A DNA stretch of 64,000 nucleotides from an uncultured Nitrososphaerales archaeon (GCA_963841565.1 CAWJCY010000003.1:1-64000); one strand, 5' to 3'. Shown: positions 42,812 through 54,229, counted from the first letter of the stretch. Numbers and translations: made by a program. Notes: generated by a model not told the origin, from the sequence alone.

Positions 42812-43727
42812 TTGGTAAAGGACATCACACTATTCAATGAAAGATGCCCGCGATGCACAAAGGGCCCCATGGTTACAGATAATTCTAGTGGAGAGATGTT
42901 TTGCGGAAACTGTGGGTTTGTGATTACAGAAAGAATCGAAGAAATGGGTCCAGAGTGGAGAGCATTCTCGAAGGAGGAGCATGAGGATAGGAGTCGAGCT
43001 GGTGTGCCTACTTCACTAGCCATGCATGATATGGGACTGGCTACTATCATCGGGCCTATCGATAAGGACGCTTCTGGTAAGCCGTTGTCGGCCTCTATGA
43101 AAAGCACAATTGAAAGGCTTCGAACTTGGGACAGTAGGAGCCAAGTACATGAACCAGTAGACCGTAATTTCAGGCAAGCGTTCAGTGAGCTCGATCGACT
43201 GAAAGATAAGCTGGCAGTAGGGGATGCTGTAATAGAAAAGGCGAGCCTACGTGTATAGGAAGGCTTTGGAACGCGGTCTGGTGAGAGGGAGATCTATTTC
43301 AGCGCTAGTAGCAGCTGCTTTATACGCGGCGTGTAGAGATACTGAAACACCCCGGACATTGAAGGACATTGCCAATGCTAGTAATATCAAGAAGAAGGAT
43401 GTCGCTAGGTGTTATCGGCTTTTAATAAGAGAGCTTGACTTAAAGATGCCTGTTGTCGACCCAGTCAAGTGTGTGGCTAGAATTGCAAGCAAGGCCGGGC
43501 TTTCAGAAAAGACGAAGAGAAAGGCCCTTGAGATCTTAAAGAGGGCGGAGGAAGGAAAAATTTCCGCAGGTAAAGACCCAATGGGACTTGCGGCAGCTGC
43601 ATTGTATGTCGCTTGCGTGATGAACGGTGAGAACAAGACACAGAAAGATGTCGCAGAAGCAGCCGGAGTAACCGAGGTCACAATCAGAAACAGATACAAA
43701 GGATTGAAATTGCACCTAAAGTTGTAA
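42812..43727 (+). CDS. tfb: Transcription initiation factor IIB (frameshift near 43243)
   Basis: CPRC...CGNCG Zn ribbon, GPEWRAF, two cyclin repeats, GVTEVTIRNRY; one extra A at GCGAGCC splits the ORF. Confidence 0.95.
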
Positions 43728-44047
43728 ATTTTGATTTTAGGCTGTAAACAGGGCGGAGCAAACTCCATCACTATGCTAAAAGAATTAGTAAAGATTCGTG
43801 CGGCTAGGATTGTGAGAGGTTGAAGAGTGTAATCAAATGTATGTATAATTAAAATGACCATTATGTACTAATTACATGCTTTAGCCCCATTGAAATACTA
43901 AAATATCTAAATACTATACTTTCACGCAAAAAAGGTAGCAATGTTAACTAGCGCAAGAAACTAAAATAAGTCTGGCTACCTAGTCTATTACATAGACAAC
44001 CTGTCACCTATCACCATTCAAAAGGAATTCAATGAGGGTGTGCCAAT

Positions 44048-44356
44048 TCACTGAACTTCGATAGCCGCCTCATTGAAACCCATTCTAAGCAGGTAACTCT
44101 TGACATCATCTCGATGGTCACCTTGCAGCATTATGAACCCGTCTTTTGCAGTGCCACCGCATGCAAACCTGCTTTTCAATTCCTTAATAATACTCTGAAC
44201 ATCACTTTGTTTTGGATCAATACCTTCAATCATCGTAGTTGTTTTGGAGAAACGCCTTTTTTCTAGTCGAACGATGATTCTTGTATCCTCTTTCTCCAAT
44301 TCGCCACAAGCACAAAGATCGTCGGGAAGGCCACATTTCTTGCATATAACCGCCAT
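44048..44356 (-). CDS. Translation initiation factor SUI1 (aIF1)
   Basis: CKKCGLPDDLC.C, LKS.FACGGT, LQGDHR. Confidence 0.95.
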   Translation of the reverse strand: MAVICKKCGLPDDLCACGELEKEDTRIIVRLEKRRFSKTTTMIEGIDPKQSDVQSIIKELKSRFACGGTAKDGFIMLQGDHRDDVKSYLLRMGFNEAAIEVQ

Positions 44357-44542
44357 CTATTGATAGATATTTCCCCAATTCTTACTTTTAAGCCTTGCCT
44401 GATGAGAGTGGATTGTCAGGATGTTCGCTACGTATCCCATCCCTTGATGCAATAGGCTGATACATGACTGGACTAACCGTACTAATTCTCAATCCGTTAT
44501 CGCAATCTATTTAACCGTGTTAAGGTTCTTCAACCTGTAGCA

Positions 44543-44713
44543 ATGAGTAGCAGCAAGAAAAAGAATGCACCTCTTCCAGCCTCAAGCGCAGGGTTACTTC
44601 GATTCTTTGAAGATGAGACTAAGGGAGTAAAGATTAGGCCCGAATTGGTACTTGGGATAGCAGGAGGAATAATTGGTGTTTCTATCCTCATTCGCATAAT
44701 ATTCCCTGTGTGA
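44543..44713 (+). CDS. secG: Preprotein translocase subunit Sec61beta/SecG
   Basis: Manual translation MSSSKKKNAPLPASSAGLLRFFEDETKGVKIRPELVLGIAGGIIGVSILIRIIFPV. Confidence 0.93.
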   Translation: MSSSKKKNAPLPASSAGLLRFFEDETKGVKIRPELVLGIAGGIIGVSILIRIIFPV

Positions 44714-44724
44714 AGTCACTTTTT

Positions 44725-46509
44725 ATGTTTAGTCAGGCAGAGGATAGCGTTTCAAATATACATAAAAGATGGGCTCTAACCAAACTTAATCCATCCACTA
44801 GCAAAGTTTCTTTTGTAATTACATGTTGCGCCTTCAGTGCCCTTGTTGTCCTCACCAATGCTTACGTAACTGGTGTTGGATTCGATAACCCTACGTATCT
44901 CATTTACTATGTTGTAGTGGGCAACGCTGCCCTATTCGCACTGACGTATTTGGATTATACCCTTTTGAAGGGAACCTCCCTAACCAGACTGTCAAAGGTT
45001 TTTCATGTTTCTGCGTTCTCGTATCTTATCTGGTTGCTTACCTTGATCATTGGAATGCTGGCTCCTAATTTGATAACCAATGATGGTTCTGCAACCAACT
45101 CAAGTTATCTGCTGGAAGGACTACTCTTCGTGGCTGGATTTAGAATATGCATGTTTAAATCTGTTTTTGGAGCAACATTAGTGCGAGCCATCCCTGTAGG
45201 ATTGGTCGCTCCATTTATCATACTCCTTTTCTTTGTGCCACTTCAATTTGTTCCGGAGGTGTTTTCTGACCCGATTGCACTTGGATACGGGTTAGCTCTA
45301 GTCGGTATGGGGATTCTGTGGGCCATTATGGCAGATCGTGCGGGAAGGCCAGAGATAAGGAGCACGTTTGAAGTCTTGCAGGCATTTTTGGCCGCCTGGA
45401 CAGAAAAAGACGGAACAAGATTTGAGCGGATTGCCGAAGAAAAAGCAGATGAAAAACCTGTTTCTACGTTCATGTTGAAATTTTCACTTGACAAAACCGA
45501 TGGATACTCACTTGTTATCCCCGAAGTCCATCCTGGCCCTTTCCTGTCTGTGGGAGGCGAGCAATCTACCATATGTTCTATACAATGCATTTTCGGGAAG
45601 GGCGATGGTTTTGCATGGAGTATCTGACCACGCATTGAATATTCCCTCCAAAGATGAGCTGGACAGATACTTGAGAAGTCTCAAATCAGCAAAAAGCTCT
45701 CCTCCCATAGCCGTTGTTCGAGGCCGATCAGAGTTGAGAATGGTCACTGCAGCGTGACAGGAATTAGATTCGAAAGAGTCTGTATGCTAATTTTGTCCAT
45801 GTCTCCAAAAGGTATGGAGGATGTTCCATATTCAGTGCTCTCTCAACTTAATCTATACTCAAAGAAGATCGGATTTGATTCCTTGCTATTAATAGATAGT
45901 CACAACGCAATGGGTGTTTCATTAGATGCTCAGCAAACTGATCGGCTGCTCAGGACTTCCGAGCGCTGTTTAGACAAACTAGTCACTGCCGTAGAATATC
46001 CGTTTCGAGCAGGCTATGCTAACATTAAGGACATATCTGTCGGAACTGGCTTCGAGGACGATTTGGGTGAGTCTGGATTGGCTGTGCTTGCGTTGTGTAT
46101 CGACAACAAGTGGAACTTGCTGGGCTGGGCTGATTCTAATAACATGAAAAATGGACTGCGTGAGGCCATTTTGAATAAACTGACAAGCCAAGATCGCCAT
46201 TTGGTGGAAATCTGTACTTCGGATACTCATAGTACTTCAGGCAAAAGGACTAGGAATGGCTACTTCGCACTTGGAGAGCTTAGCAAAGAGGATTCGATCG
46301 TAGAAGCATTTCAAGCATTGTCACATCGAGCCATGGAGTTAGCAGAGTCTTCATCATTGGAGTTGTACTCGGCTATATCGAGCATAAAGGTGATGGGATC
46401 AAAACAGCTTGACGACTACTCATCTGCATTAGATAGATCGATGATGCTGACAAAGATATTCTTGTGTGCCTTGGCGGTGACTTTTGTTAGTATGACACTG
46501 TTGACTTGA
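44725..46509 (+). CDS. DUF2070-type archaeal membrane protein (two frameshifts)
   Basis: N-terminal TMs; PEVHPGPF..GGSNLP, LHG.SDH..N.P, IDSHN, DSNNM, TSDTH pieces across three frames. Confidence 0.75.
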
Positions 46510-46651
46510 ACTGTGAAAAAAAGAGTGTTGGATAACCGCTGCTATTGCGATTGCTTATGTTATCTTTTGAATGAAATCGAATTACATCGTCTTTATCTTA
46601 GGATTGGCATGCAGCAAAATAAAGGAAGCCAATTTTTCGCTTTCAATTGAG

Positions 46652-46726
46652 TGGATGGGGAGAGATTTGAACTCTCGATCACCTGTGTGTGAGACAGGTA
46701 TCATAACCAGGCTAGACTACCCATCC
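46652..46726 (-). tRNA. tRNA-Val(CAC)
   Basis: Minus strand GGATGGG...CCCATCC-A acceptor stem, CCTGT-CTCACAC-ACAGG anticodon arm, GTTCAAAT T-loop; no intron. Confidence 0.95.
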
Positions 46727-46864
46727 AAATTTTTATCGAAGAGCAAGCCCTTCGCACCTCTTCTACAATGCTAGACCGTGTATTTCAATATATTTCACTC
46801 GACTTCGTCTCCTCCATTCTTTAAGGTGATTTTATTCGGTGAGGGCGAATCTGAAGGTTGGGAG

Positions 46865-48118
46865 CTAAGTCCCTTGATCAAAGCCCTTCAAGTATTTCTG
46901 TTGATCTTGCGTCAGCTGGTCGATAAATACCCCCATGGAATGGAGCTTTGCCTCGGCTATGACCATATCCTGTTCTCGTTCAATTTCATAGACTCTGGAT
47001 TCAAGCGAACTATGTGTCTGTGCGATTCGGATGACCGAAAGAAGTTGATTTGCAAAGCTCATGTCCATAACTTCAGAGGGATGTCCTTCTGCTGCTGCGA
47101 GGTTCACCAGCCTGCCCTCTGCAATAAGGTATACGCTCTTCCCATTTGACAACTGATACTGGTAGACATGATCGTTTATCTTATTTTTCGCAGCCGCATT
47201 TTTCTCCAGAGCATCCACTGAAATCTCTACATTAAAGTGCCCTGCATTAGCCAATAATGCCCCGTCCTTTAACTTTAATATAGTTTCATAATCGATCACA
47301 TCTCTACAACCTGTTGTTGTTATAAACAGATCTCCTGTAGGGGCGGCCTCCGAAACTTTTGCAACTGAAAACCCATCTAACTTAGCTTTCAGAGCAGCAA
47401 TTGGATCGACTTCAGTAACGGTTACATTTGCTCCCAAGCCTGCCGCTTTTCGAGCAATTCCTTTGCCCACGTGTCCGTATCCAGAGACGACGACATTTTT
47501 TCCTGAAAACAAAATGTTTGTAGCACGAATAATACCATCCAACGCGGATTGACCAGTTCCATAGAAATTATCAAAGTCATGTTTTGTCTCTGCATCATTT
47601 ACCGCAATGATTGGGTATTTGAGAATGCCGCTCCTCTCCATAGATCTTAGCCTTACAACTCCTGTTGTTGTTTCTTCCGTTCCACCATAGACAGTCTTAA
47701 ATCTTTGAAAATCTTTGTGCATTTCTAGCGTGAGATCGGCTCCATCATCGATGGTTATGTTTGGATCGATCTTCATTGCTGAGTGGATGTCCTCGTAATA
47801 TTGTTGGGTTGATACACCTCTAGTGGCAAAAATTGATATTTTATCATCCTCAGCGAGGGATGCGGCCACGTCATCTTGGGTACTGAGAGGATTACATCCG
47901 CACCAGGAGAGTTGTGCACCCAAAGCCTTTAAAGAGTCAACCAATACTGCTGTTTCTTTCGTGACATGAAGACAACCTGTAACGCGAACACCCTGTAACG
48001 GTTTGCTTTTTTCATATTGCTTGGTCAAAGACTGCAAGACAGGCATATGGGACAATGCCCACTGAATTTTTCTCCTTCCTTCATTTGCTAAGGAGATATC
48101 AAGAACACGATAACTCAT
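46865..48118 (-). CDS. ahcY: Adenosylhomocysteinase
   Basis: GCLHVTKETA, NPLSTQDD, GTEETTTG, KHDFDN.YGTG, NAGHFNVE, GHPSEVMDMSF. Confidence 0.97.
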   Translation of the reverse strand: MSYRVLDISLANEGRRKIQWALSHMPVLQSLTKQYEKSKPLQGVRVTGCLHVTKETAVLVDSLKALGAQLSWCGCNPLSTQDDVAASLAEDDKISIFATRGVSTQQYYEDIHSAMKIDPNITIDDGADLTLEMHKDFQRFKTVYGGTEETTTGVVRLRSMERSGILKYPIIAVNDAETKHDFDNFYGTGQSALDGIIRATNILFSGKNVVVSGYGHVGKGIARKAAGLGANVTVTEVDPIAALKAKLDGFSVAKVSEAAPTGDLFITTTGCRDVIDYETILKLKDGALLANAGHFNVEISVDALEKNAAAKNKINDHVYQYQLSNGKSVYLIAEGRLVNLAAAEGHPSEVMDMSFANQLLSVIRIAQTHSSLESRVYEIEREQDMVIAEAKLHSMGVFIDQLTQDQQKYLKGFDQGT

Positions 48119-48493
48119 ACTGCTTGCCGATACGCGTGCCCTATATTATTTTATCTTCACGAGTCTTTGATAGGTTTTCCGTCTAGCCTCATAGTATAAC
48201 TGAGAAGTTAATTCTATTCCTTGTCAAAAAAATGTGTGTGAAGAGTACCTGAATGATCGGAATTAGAAAAGAAGACTGGGAGGAAATAACGAAGAAGCAG
48301 AAGAAAAGAGAGGCATTGCAATCGTCTGAGAAAAAGAGAAACTAAGAGTAATCCTGTTGTATTCTTGGAAGGGGTAAGCCTACATAATCGCCAGTGATAC
48401 TCTGATAGTTAGTGAAGATCACTCCAGACTAGGCTACCTTGCCTCTGGTTGGAGCGCAAGGTATATGATGATCGGATCGATTCTAGGTAAATT

Positions 48494-49012
48494 GTGCGGA
48501 AGTTTCAGATAGGCGTGATCGGCTACAACGATGATCGTTGCACCGAGGTCGCCAAAGAAATAGCATATGAAGTCGGTAAAGAAATCGCGCTCTCCGGCTC
48601 CGTGTTAGTATGTGGAGGTCTTGGAGGAGTAATGGATGCCGCATGTAGAGGTGCAAAGGAAGTGAATGGTGTTACGGTTGGCATTATTCCGCAAGATAAC
48701 TTTAGTTTCGCGAATCAATTTTGTGATATTGTGATTTGTAGTGGCATCGGATTTGCTCGAGATTTCATAGTGGCCACATCCTCTGACGGAATAATTGCAG
48801 TAGGTGGAGGAATTGGAACCCTTATTGAGATGTCAGTGGGCTACATGATCAAAAAGAAAATAGTTGCTATCTCGTCCAGTGGCGGGGTTTCTGATGTTTA
48901 CGCCGGTAAGTATCTGGATGAAAGGAAAAGGGTGCTAATTGAGGCGGCGCCAGACGCCAAGGCCGCCGTGCAGGCCATTCTAGATGATGATATTAAAAAG
49001 CACTTAGATTGA
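48494..49012 (+). CDS. LOG-family (TIGR00725-like) protein
   Basis: CGGLGGVMDAACRGA, VGIIP, GGGIGTLIE. Confidence 0.88.
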   Translation: MRKFQIGVIGYNDDRCTEVAKEIAYEVGKEIALSGSVLVCGGLGGVMDAACRGAKEVNGVTVGIIPQDNFSFANQFCDIVICSGIGFARDFIVATSSDGIIAVGGGIGTLIEMSVGYMIKKKIVAISSSGGVSDVYAGKYLDERKRVLIEAAPDAKAAVQAILDDDIKKHLD

Positions 49013-49134
49013 AGTCTATGCGCTATCTGTTAGCTTTCAGTCGTTGGAGCAGTCTCAGAGCGTTGTTGAAGGTACCGTCGCTAAATTTATTGTAACTTGA
49101 TGTTGCTTCCGCTTCTGCTACTTTCGCCGTAGCG

Positions 49135-50301
49135 TTAAGCTGCTAATTTGAGAAGATATGGATCAGGAGCATAAAACTTGCCATACTTGACTGACATTTC
49201 TTGTAATTTGTCGACAACCCTTTTTATCCCAAATTCCTCTGCAGTCGCCAGAAGTTCCTTTTTGAGTCCCATCCCTAGGCGTAGTGCTTTTTCTAAGTCT
49301 GATTGAGAGCAGACGCCATTAGAGAGGAGCCAACCTGCGTTGTTTGAAGCAACCGCCAGCATCACAATAGGGTCAAAAGCTGTGGCATCAGCTTGAACAA
49401 GATCTTTGCGCTCGTATTTGTCTGACGAATAGGAATAGAAACCTTCCCCAGTTTTTTGTCCGAGCTTTTTCTGTTCGAACAATTTTTCGATTAAGGGATG
49501 TGGATTAACCACCTTTTCATCCCTAAGATACATTTCATGACTTGCCTTGTTAACAACATCTAACCCAGTATAATCAGCCAGTTCAAATATCCCCATTGGA
49601 AAGCCTAGTTTGGATTTCATTGCAGCATCTATTTCCTCATACGTGACTCCATCTCGTTCCTTACAGAAGACGGCTTCATGAACCAGTGGTATGAAAATCC
49701 TATTTACTATGAACCCAGCTACATCTTTCTGTACAAGTACTGGAGTCTTTCCTATATCTTCTACAAAGCCCATTAATTTTTCAACAGTAATTTGATCGGT
49801 CTTGTGACCTCGGATCACTTCCACCAATTTCATTAGCTGAGGGGGATTGAAGAAATGTAACCCAATAAATGACGCAGGACGGTCTGTTAGGTCAGCCATC
49901 TCGCTTATTGGTAGAGTACTTGTGTTTGATGCGAAAAGAGTCTTGGGATCGGCATAGGAGCTTACTTCTTTGTAGACTATTCTTTTTAACGAAAGGTCTT
50001 CAGGTACCGCCTCGATAACAAGATCTGCATCCTTCAAACCTTCTTTCAGGTCTATCACAGGTACTAATCTGGAAAGTGTCTGCTCATAAGATTCTTTGGT
50101 CATCTTGTTTTTTTCAACCAACTTATTTAGTGACCACCTGATCTTATCCATAGCATTATCCAGGAACCTCTGCTCGACATCTCTCAATCGAACGTTGAAT
50201 CCAGCCATTGCGGCTATCTGTGCTATTCCGTGTCCCATAGTCCCTGAGCCTAGTACTGTAACATTTGCGATCTTGTCCATTCTTCGATCACATTGTATCA
50301 T
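49135..50301 (-). CDS. 3-hydroxyacyl-CoA (3-hydroxybutyryl-CoA) dehydrogenase
   Basis: GSGTMGHGIAQ, IEAVPE, SNTS, GLHFFNP, GFIVNR, PMG.FEL.D..GLD. Confidence 0.93.
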   Translation of the reverse strand: MIQCDRRMDKIANVTVLGSGTMGHGIAQIAAMAGFNVRLRDVEQRFLDNAMDKIRWSLNKLVEKNKMTKESYEQTLSRLVPVIDLKEGLKDADLVIEAVPEDLSLKRIVYKEVSSYADPKTLFASNTSTLPISEMADLTDRPASFIGLHFFNPPQLMKLVEVIRGHKTDQITVEKLMGFVEDIGKTPVLVQKDVAGFIVNRIFIPLVHEAVFCKERDGVTYEEIDAAMKSKLGFPMGIFELADYTGLDVVNKASHEMYLRDEKVVNPHPLIEKLFEQKKLGQKTGEGFYSYSSDKYERKDLVQADATAFDPIVMLAVASNNAGWLLSNGVCSQSDLEKALRLGMGLKKELLATAEEFGIKRVVDKLQEMSVKYGKFYAPDPYLLKLAA

Positions 50302-50379
50302 TGGAAGGGGGCTTTTAGTCTTGCCTTAAATTGAAACCAATTTAAGAGAATGATTCTTTAAAGCCACCAGTATCAGTAA

Positions 50380-51048
50380 TTGGATCTATTTAGATTTACT
50401 GCTGACGTGTCCTCCCTTTCAGAGCGTATGACAAAGAATTCATCGGCAGAGGTAATTGATAGACTTGAATTTGTTAGAAATCGCTTAGTTGATCTCTACA
50501 AACGAAATCTAGTGAAAATAAATCACTCTGTTATGGAGCTTGTTTGTGCAAAACACTTGATAGAGTTTGGGTACACAGTCGATGTTGAGAGAAGATTAAC
50601 CGATATTCTGGTTTGCGACGTCTTTGCGAGCAAAGGCGACGGTGAAGCAATAGTTGAAATTGAAACTGGCTTCATACCTCCCGAGCATGCTCTAGATCCC
50701 ACGGCGTACTATGTTGCAAGAATTGCCAGCAAGATCTCTCGATACAGCAAGCATGCTAACAAATTTGTTCTTGCTACAACTCCAGTAAGCATTTTGCCGA
50801 TCCCAAACCTTTTTAGATTCCCTGTGCGAGCAAGGAGATCCGACGAGATTCAGAAATTAAAACTCGTATGTGACAACTATTACAAGGATCCTCCTATAGA
50901 AGTAGATGACATTCTCAATGGTAGGTTACATATGATCTATATCATAGACATCGATGAGGGGAAAATCCAAGAAATGGATGTGGAGACTTACTTCGATGAA
51001 CTACAGATTGCTTTTGATCTTTCGACTAGAATAATGGAAAAATTTTAA
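50380..51048 (+). CDS. Hypothetical protein with PD-(D/E)xK-like pattern
   Basis: 222 aa; GY.VDVE, CDV, IVEIETG. Confidence 0.7.
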   Translation: MDLFRFTADVSSLSERMTKNSSAEVIDRLEFVRNRLVDLYKRNLVKINHSVMELVCAKHLIEFGYTVDVERRLTDILVCDVFASKGDGEAIVEIETGFIPPEHALDPTAYYVARIASKISRYSKHANKFVLATTPVSILPIPNLFRFPVRARRSDEIQKLKLVCDNYYKDPPIEVDDILNGRLHMIYIIDIDEGKIQEMDVETYFDELQIAFDLSTRIMEKF

Positions 51049-51255
51049 GTCATGATAGATTCTCTAGTATGATACTAATAGTCGTCGTTGTCGAAGTACA
51101 TCAAATTAGACAGCCATAACACACAATTTCAAATCAACACATCTAAATTCTTCTTTATATTAAAATAATAAGATTCTGAATAAGCAATATTTGAATGCAT
51201 AGTTATACTAGTCTTCGTCCTACCGCTTAATAAATATGTAAAAGGAAATCTTGCG

Positions 51256-52185
51256 ATGTCTGACAACAAAGAATTGCTAACGATAGCAGCCATAGCTGCA
51301 GCATTGATGATGGTATTAGGTACTTCGATACCATCAAATGTATTAGCAAGCACTGGTATTGAAGCCGCACCAACAAGTGACGAAAATGGAAATGATGACA
51401 CTAGTAATAGTGATAGTGGTGACGGCAGTGGCGACAACTCAAATGACAACAGTGATAATAATAAAAGCAATGACAATAGTGATAACGGTAGCAAGGATGA
51501 CAGTGGAAATGATGAAAATAGTGATGATAGCAGTGGTAATAATGATAGTTCCGACTCAAACAACGAGGGCACTGGCGGCGTCCCTGAAGAGTATCTGGGA
51601 GAATATTCAACATGCGTTTCAGATCTATCTTCAGACGACAGCACGTTATCACAAGATGATGTAGTTGATTGTTATGGGCAAGTTTTTGGTCCTAATCCGA
51701 GTCATGATCTAGGTCCATTGACACAGAATGCTCCAACATCGCCTGCCACAAATATGCCAGGATTTGAAAACATGCCATCTGCGATGCAACAACCCGGAGA
51801 TCAACAACAGATGCAGCCTTTAGGTCAAACTCAGCCACAGGACGGACAACAACAACCAATTCAGCAACAACAATCATATCCTGCAGCAGGAGATCAACAA
51901 CAGATGCAGCCTTTAGGTCAAACTCAGCCACAGGACGGACAACAACCACAGATGCAGCCTTTAGGTCAAATTCAGCCACAGGACGGACAACAACAACAGA
52001 TGCAGCCTTTAGGTCAAACTCAGCCACAGGACGGACAACAACAACCAATTCAGCAACAACTGCAACAACCACAAACTGGCATGGGAAACCAACAGCAAAT
52101 GTCGCCAACAGAGCTTCCAATGGATGCGGGAATATTGGATGTAGAAACGATTAAGGAGATAGTAAAGCACAGATTAGCGCAATAG
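51256..52185 (+). CDS. Secreted low-complexity protein (D/N/S-rich, then Gln/Pro repeats)
   Basis: Signal peptide, acidic DNS tract, Cys pair, QMQPLGQTQPQDGQQQ repeats. Confidence 0.85.
   Translation: MSDNKELLTIAAIAAALMMVLGTSIPSNVLASTGIEAAPTSDENGNDDTSNSDSGDGSGDNSNDNSDNNKSNDNSDNGSKDDSGNDENSDDSSGNNDSSDSNNEGTGGVPEEYLGEYSTCVSDLSSDDSTLSQDDVVDCYGQVFGPNPSHDLGPLTQNAPTSPATNMPGFENMPSAMQQPGDQQQMQPLGQTQPQDGQQQPIQQQQSYPAAGDQQQMQPLGQTQPQDGQQPQMQPLGQIQPQDGQQQQMQPLGQTQPQDGQQQPIQQQLQQPQTGMGNQQQMSPTELPMDAGILDVETIKEIVKHRLAQ
51796..52061 (+). repeat. Intragenic tandem repeat, four near-identical 48-nt units
   Basis: CAGATGCAGCCTTTAGGTCAAAYTCAGCCACAGGACGGACAACAAC starting at 51808, 51901, 51949 and 51997. Confidence 0.9.
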
Positions 52186-52308
52186 AAACCAGCTGTCTGT
52201 GAACTCAAATGATTTAGCAGTCAGCTAATTCTTCCCTCTTTTTTGGATTCAGAAATATTAGTAAGGATTAAAGAACTAAACACTACACTTAATTGAGAAA
52301 GTTTCCTC

Positions 52309-52815
52309 ATGAACCTGTTTGCCATCTTATTAAAGCAAGATGATCCATCAAAATGCACAGCTACGAAACTCGCTAAATTTCATTTATTGAAAACTGTCGT
52401 TCGTCCAAGACATGATACTTTGATCCTGAACCCGTTTTCTAGAGTTTGTTTGACGCGAAAGGATCGCGGCCTCTCTTCAGCCCTGTGTGTTATTGATTGT
52501 TCGTGGGAACGATCCGGTACAATACTTCAAAACCGGAAATGGCGATCCTATCCCCAATTACGCCGTCTTCCTGCATTATTGGCCGGAAACCCAGTCAACT
52601 ATGCAAAATTGGGGAAACTTTCAAGTGTTGAGGCGTTATCAGGGGCACTCTTAATACTGGGATATGATTCACAGGCATTTGCTATTCTTGACAAATTCAA
52701 ATGGGGACACACTTTCTATGAACTCAATTTGCATGCTATACGCGAATATTCTAATGCTGTGGATGAGGATGAGGTTTGTGAAATCCAGCGTCAGTATTTT
52801 GAGCAAGGAACTTAA
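52309..52815 (+). CDS. tsr3: rRNA aminocarboxypropyltransferase Tsr3
   Basis: QDDP.KCT..KL, IDCSW, RRLP.LLAGNPVNY....KLSSVEAL, FKWGHTF.ELN. Confidence 0.93.
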   Translation: MNLFAILLKQDDPSKCTATKLAKFHLLKTVVRPRHDTLILNPFSRVCLTRKDRGLSSALCVIDCSWERSGTILQNRKWRSYPQLRRLPALLAGNPVNYAKLGKLSSVEALSGALLILGYDSQAFAILDKFKWGHTFYELNLHAIREYSNAVDEDEVCEIQRQYFEQGT

Positions 52816-52857
52816 ATTATGGCTAGGGGTAATAATGATGAGCTGAGAGGTGGTGAG

Positions 52858-53132
52858 CTGGTGTGTGGGTTACTCGAAAGAGAGGAAACTCCTCCCTCTA
52901 TGCAGGCACTCGGATCAGAGATGATCGATCGGAGACGGTCGGCTCCGGAACAGAAAAGATATCCAGCCTGGACAAGTATAAAGCTGTGATGGTGAATAGC
53001 CTGAGTGTCCTTAACTGGAATGAAACTGCCGACCCGAGTGGAGCAAGGCCAAACTGAGCATAAGACCCTGCAGCAGCTAAGGTAGGCCGCTAAGCGGAAT
53101 CCCACTTAAAACAGAAGGAGGGTTATTGCCAG
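52858..53132 (+). ncRNA. rnpB: RNase P RNA
   Basis: CR-I GAGGAAACTCC at 52882-52892, TGAAAC and GAGCAAGGCCAAA internal motifs, CR-V AAACAGAAGGAGGGTTA near 53109-53125; termini can pair; ends approximate. Confidence 0.9.
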
Positions 53133-53232
53133 GACACCATTTCTCAGTTTGCCTTTACTCATTGCTTATTTTCTAATGTTTTCAGGTACTAATTAATACA
53201 GGATGAACCACAAGTATTGATAATCTGGTTAG

Positions 53233-54195
53233 TTGAGAACTGCAATTTTTCCACAGACAAACGCTTCACGAGATCTGGCAGACACTTACGGCTACCACGA
53301 ATGGATGATTGGCCGATTCCTTGAATACATGCCTGATGTAGAGAAATGCTTGGCCTTAATGGAGTCCTCTTCAAATGCATACATTCGAACTAACAGCTTA
53401 AAGATTGATCCAAAGTCTCTTCTGAGCTTGCTTGAGGCTAGGAACATTGAGGTAGAGTCCACAGTGTTACCTGAAGTTTATAGAGTAGTCAGTACTTCCG
53501 TACCAATCGGAGCTACTCCGGAATATCTAGCTGGATTATACTACATTCAAGACCTTAGTTCTTGTATTGCCGTCGATGAACTGGAAGTTTCATTCAATCA
53601 ACAAAATATAGACATGGCTTGTGCCCCGGGAGGCAAAACAACCTTCATGGCCCAGAAAATGTGCAACTCAGGGGCGATATTTGCTATTGAGTCTAATCGA
53701 AGACGGATCCCATCGGTAATTTTCAATTTGTCTAGATGTGGAGTACTAAACACTTCACTATACAACATCGATGCTCGGTCAGTCGGCAGCTTAAACATGA
53801 CATTCGATAGGGTACTACTTGATGCCCCATGTACATGTGAAGGTATTATTTCCAAAGACAAAACAAGAAAAATTAGCCACGATCCGTCTGATATTGAAGA
53901 GTCTAGCCGACGGCAGCAGGAGATGCTTTTAGAAGCAACTAAGGTTGTTAAACCAGGAGGCCTCATAATCTACTCTACGTGCTCCTTTGCGCCGGAGGAG
54001 AACGAGGTAGTTATAGATGAGTTGTTGGAGGTCTTGGGTACCTCAATCGTCATTGAACCCGTTCGACATGGGCTCCCAGGCTTGACTCATTTCGGCGGTC
54101 GAAGGTTTCATTCAAGCCTCAGCCGCACGGCGAGACTATATCCACATTTGCATAATACAGTTGGTTTCTTTATTGCAAAGCTAAAGGTGAACTGA
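53233..54195 (+). CDS. RsmB/NOP2-family RNA cytosine-C5 methyltransferase
   Basis: IRTN.LK, GLYYIQD.SS, DMACAPGGKT, DRVLLDAPC, YSTCS..PEENE, GFFIAKL. Confidence 0.93.
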   Translation: MRTAIFPQTNASRDLADTYGYHEWMIGRFLEYMPDVEKCLALMESSSNAYIRTNSLKIDPKSLLSLLEARNIEVESTVLPEVYRVVSTSVPIGATPEYLAGLYYIQDLSSCIAVDELEVSFNQQNIDMACAPGGKTTFMAQKMCNSGAIFAIESNRRRIPSVIFNLSRCGVLNTSLYNIDARSVGSLNMTFDRVLLDAPCTCEGIISKDKTRKISHDPSDIEESSRRQQEMLLEATKVVKPGGLIIYSTCSFAPEENEVVIDELLEVLGTSIVIEPVRHGLPGLTHFGGRRFHSSLSRTARLYPHLHNTVGFFIAKLKVN

Positions 54196-54229
54196 TGATT
54201 CTTTTGCCATAACTATTTAGTGAGCATAC

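Noticed and set aside
44399-44460. TGATGA...CTGA segment as a C/D box sRNA or hammerhead core
   Set aside because: No proper D'/C' spacing or second guide, no GAAA hammerhead partner; lies between divergent promoters
46571-46774. 67-aa + strand ORF
   Set aside because: Overlaps tRNA-Val on the opposite strand
48253-48345. 30-aa Lys-rich ORF MIGIRKEDWEEITKKQKKREALQSSEKKRN
   Set aside because: Purine-rich intergenic tract with no recognisable family; not enough support
51796-52061. Repeat region as a CRISPR array
   Set aside because: Units are in-frame tandem coding repeats without unique spacers; no cas genes in the window
52812-53105. ORFs 52812..53105 (-) and 52863..53057 (+)
   Set aside because: They overlap the RNase P RNA gene
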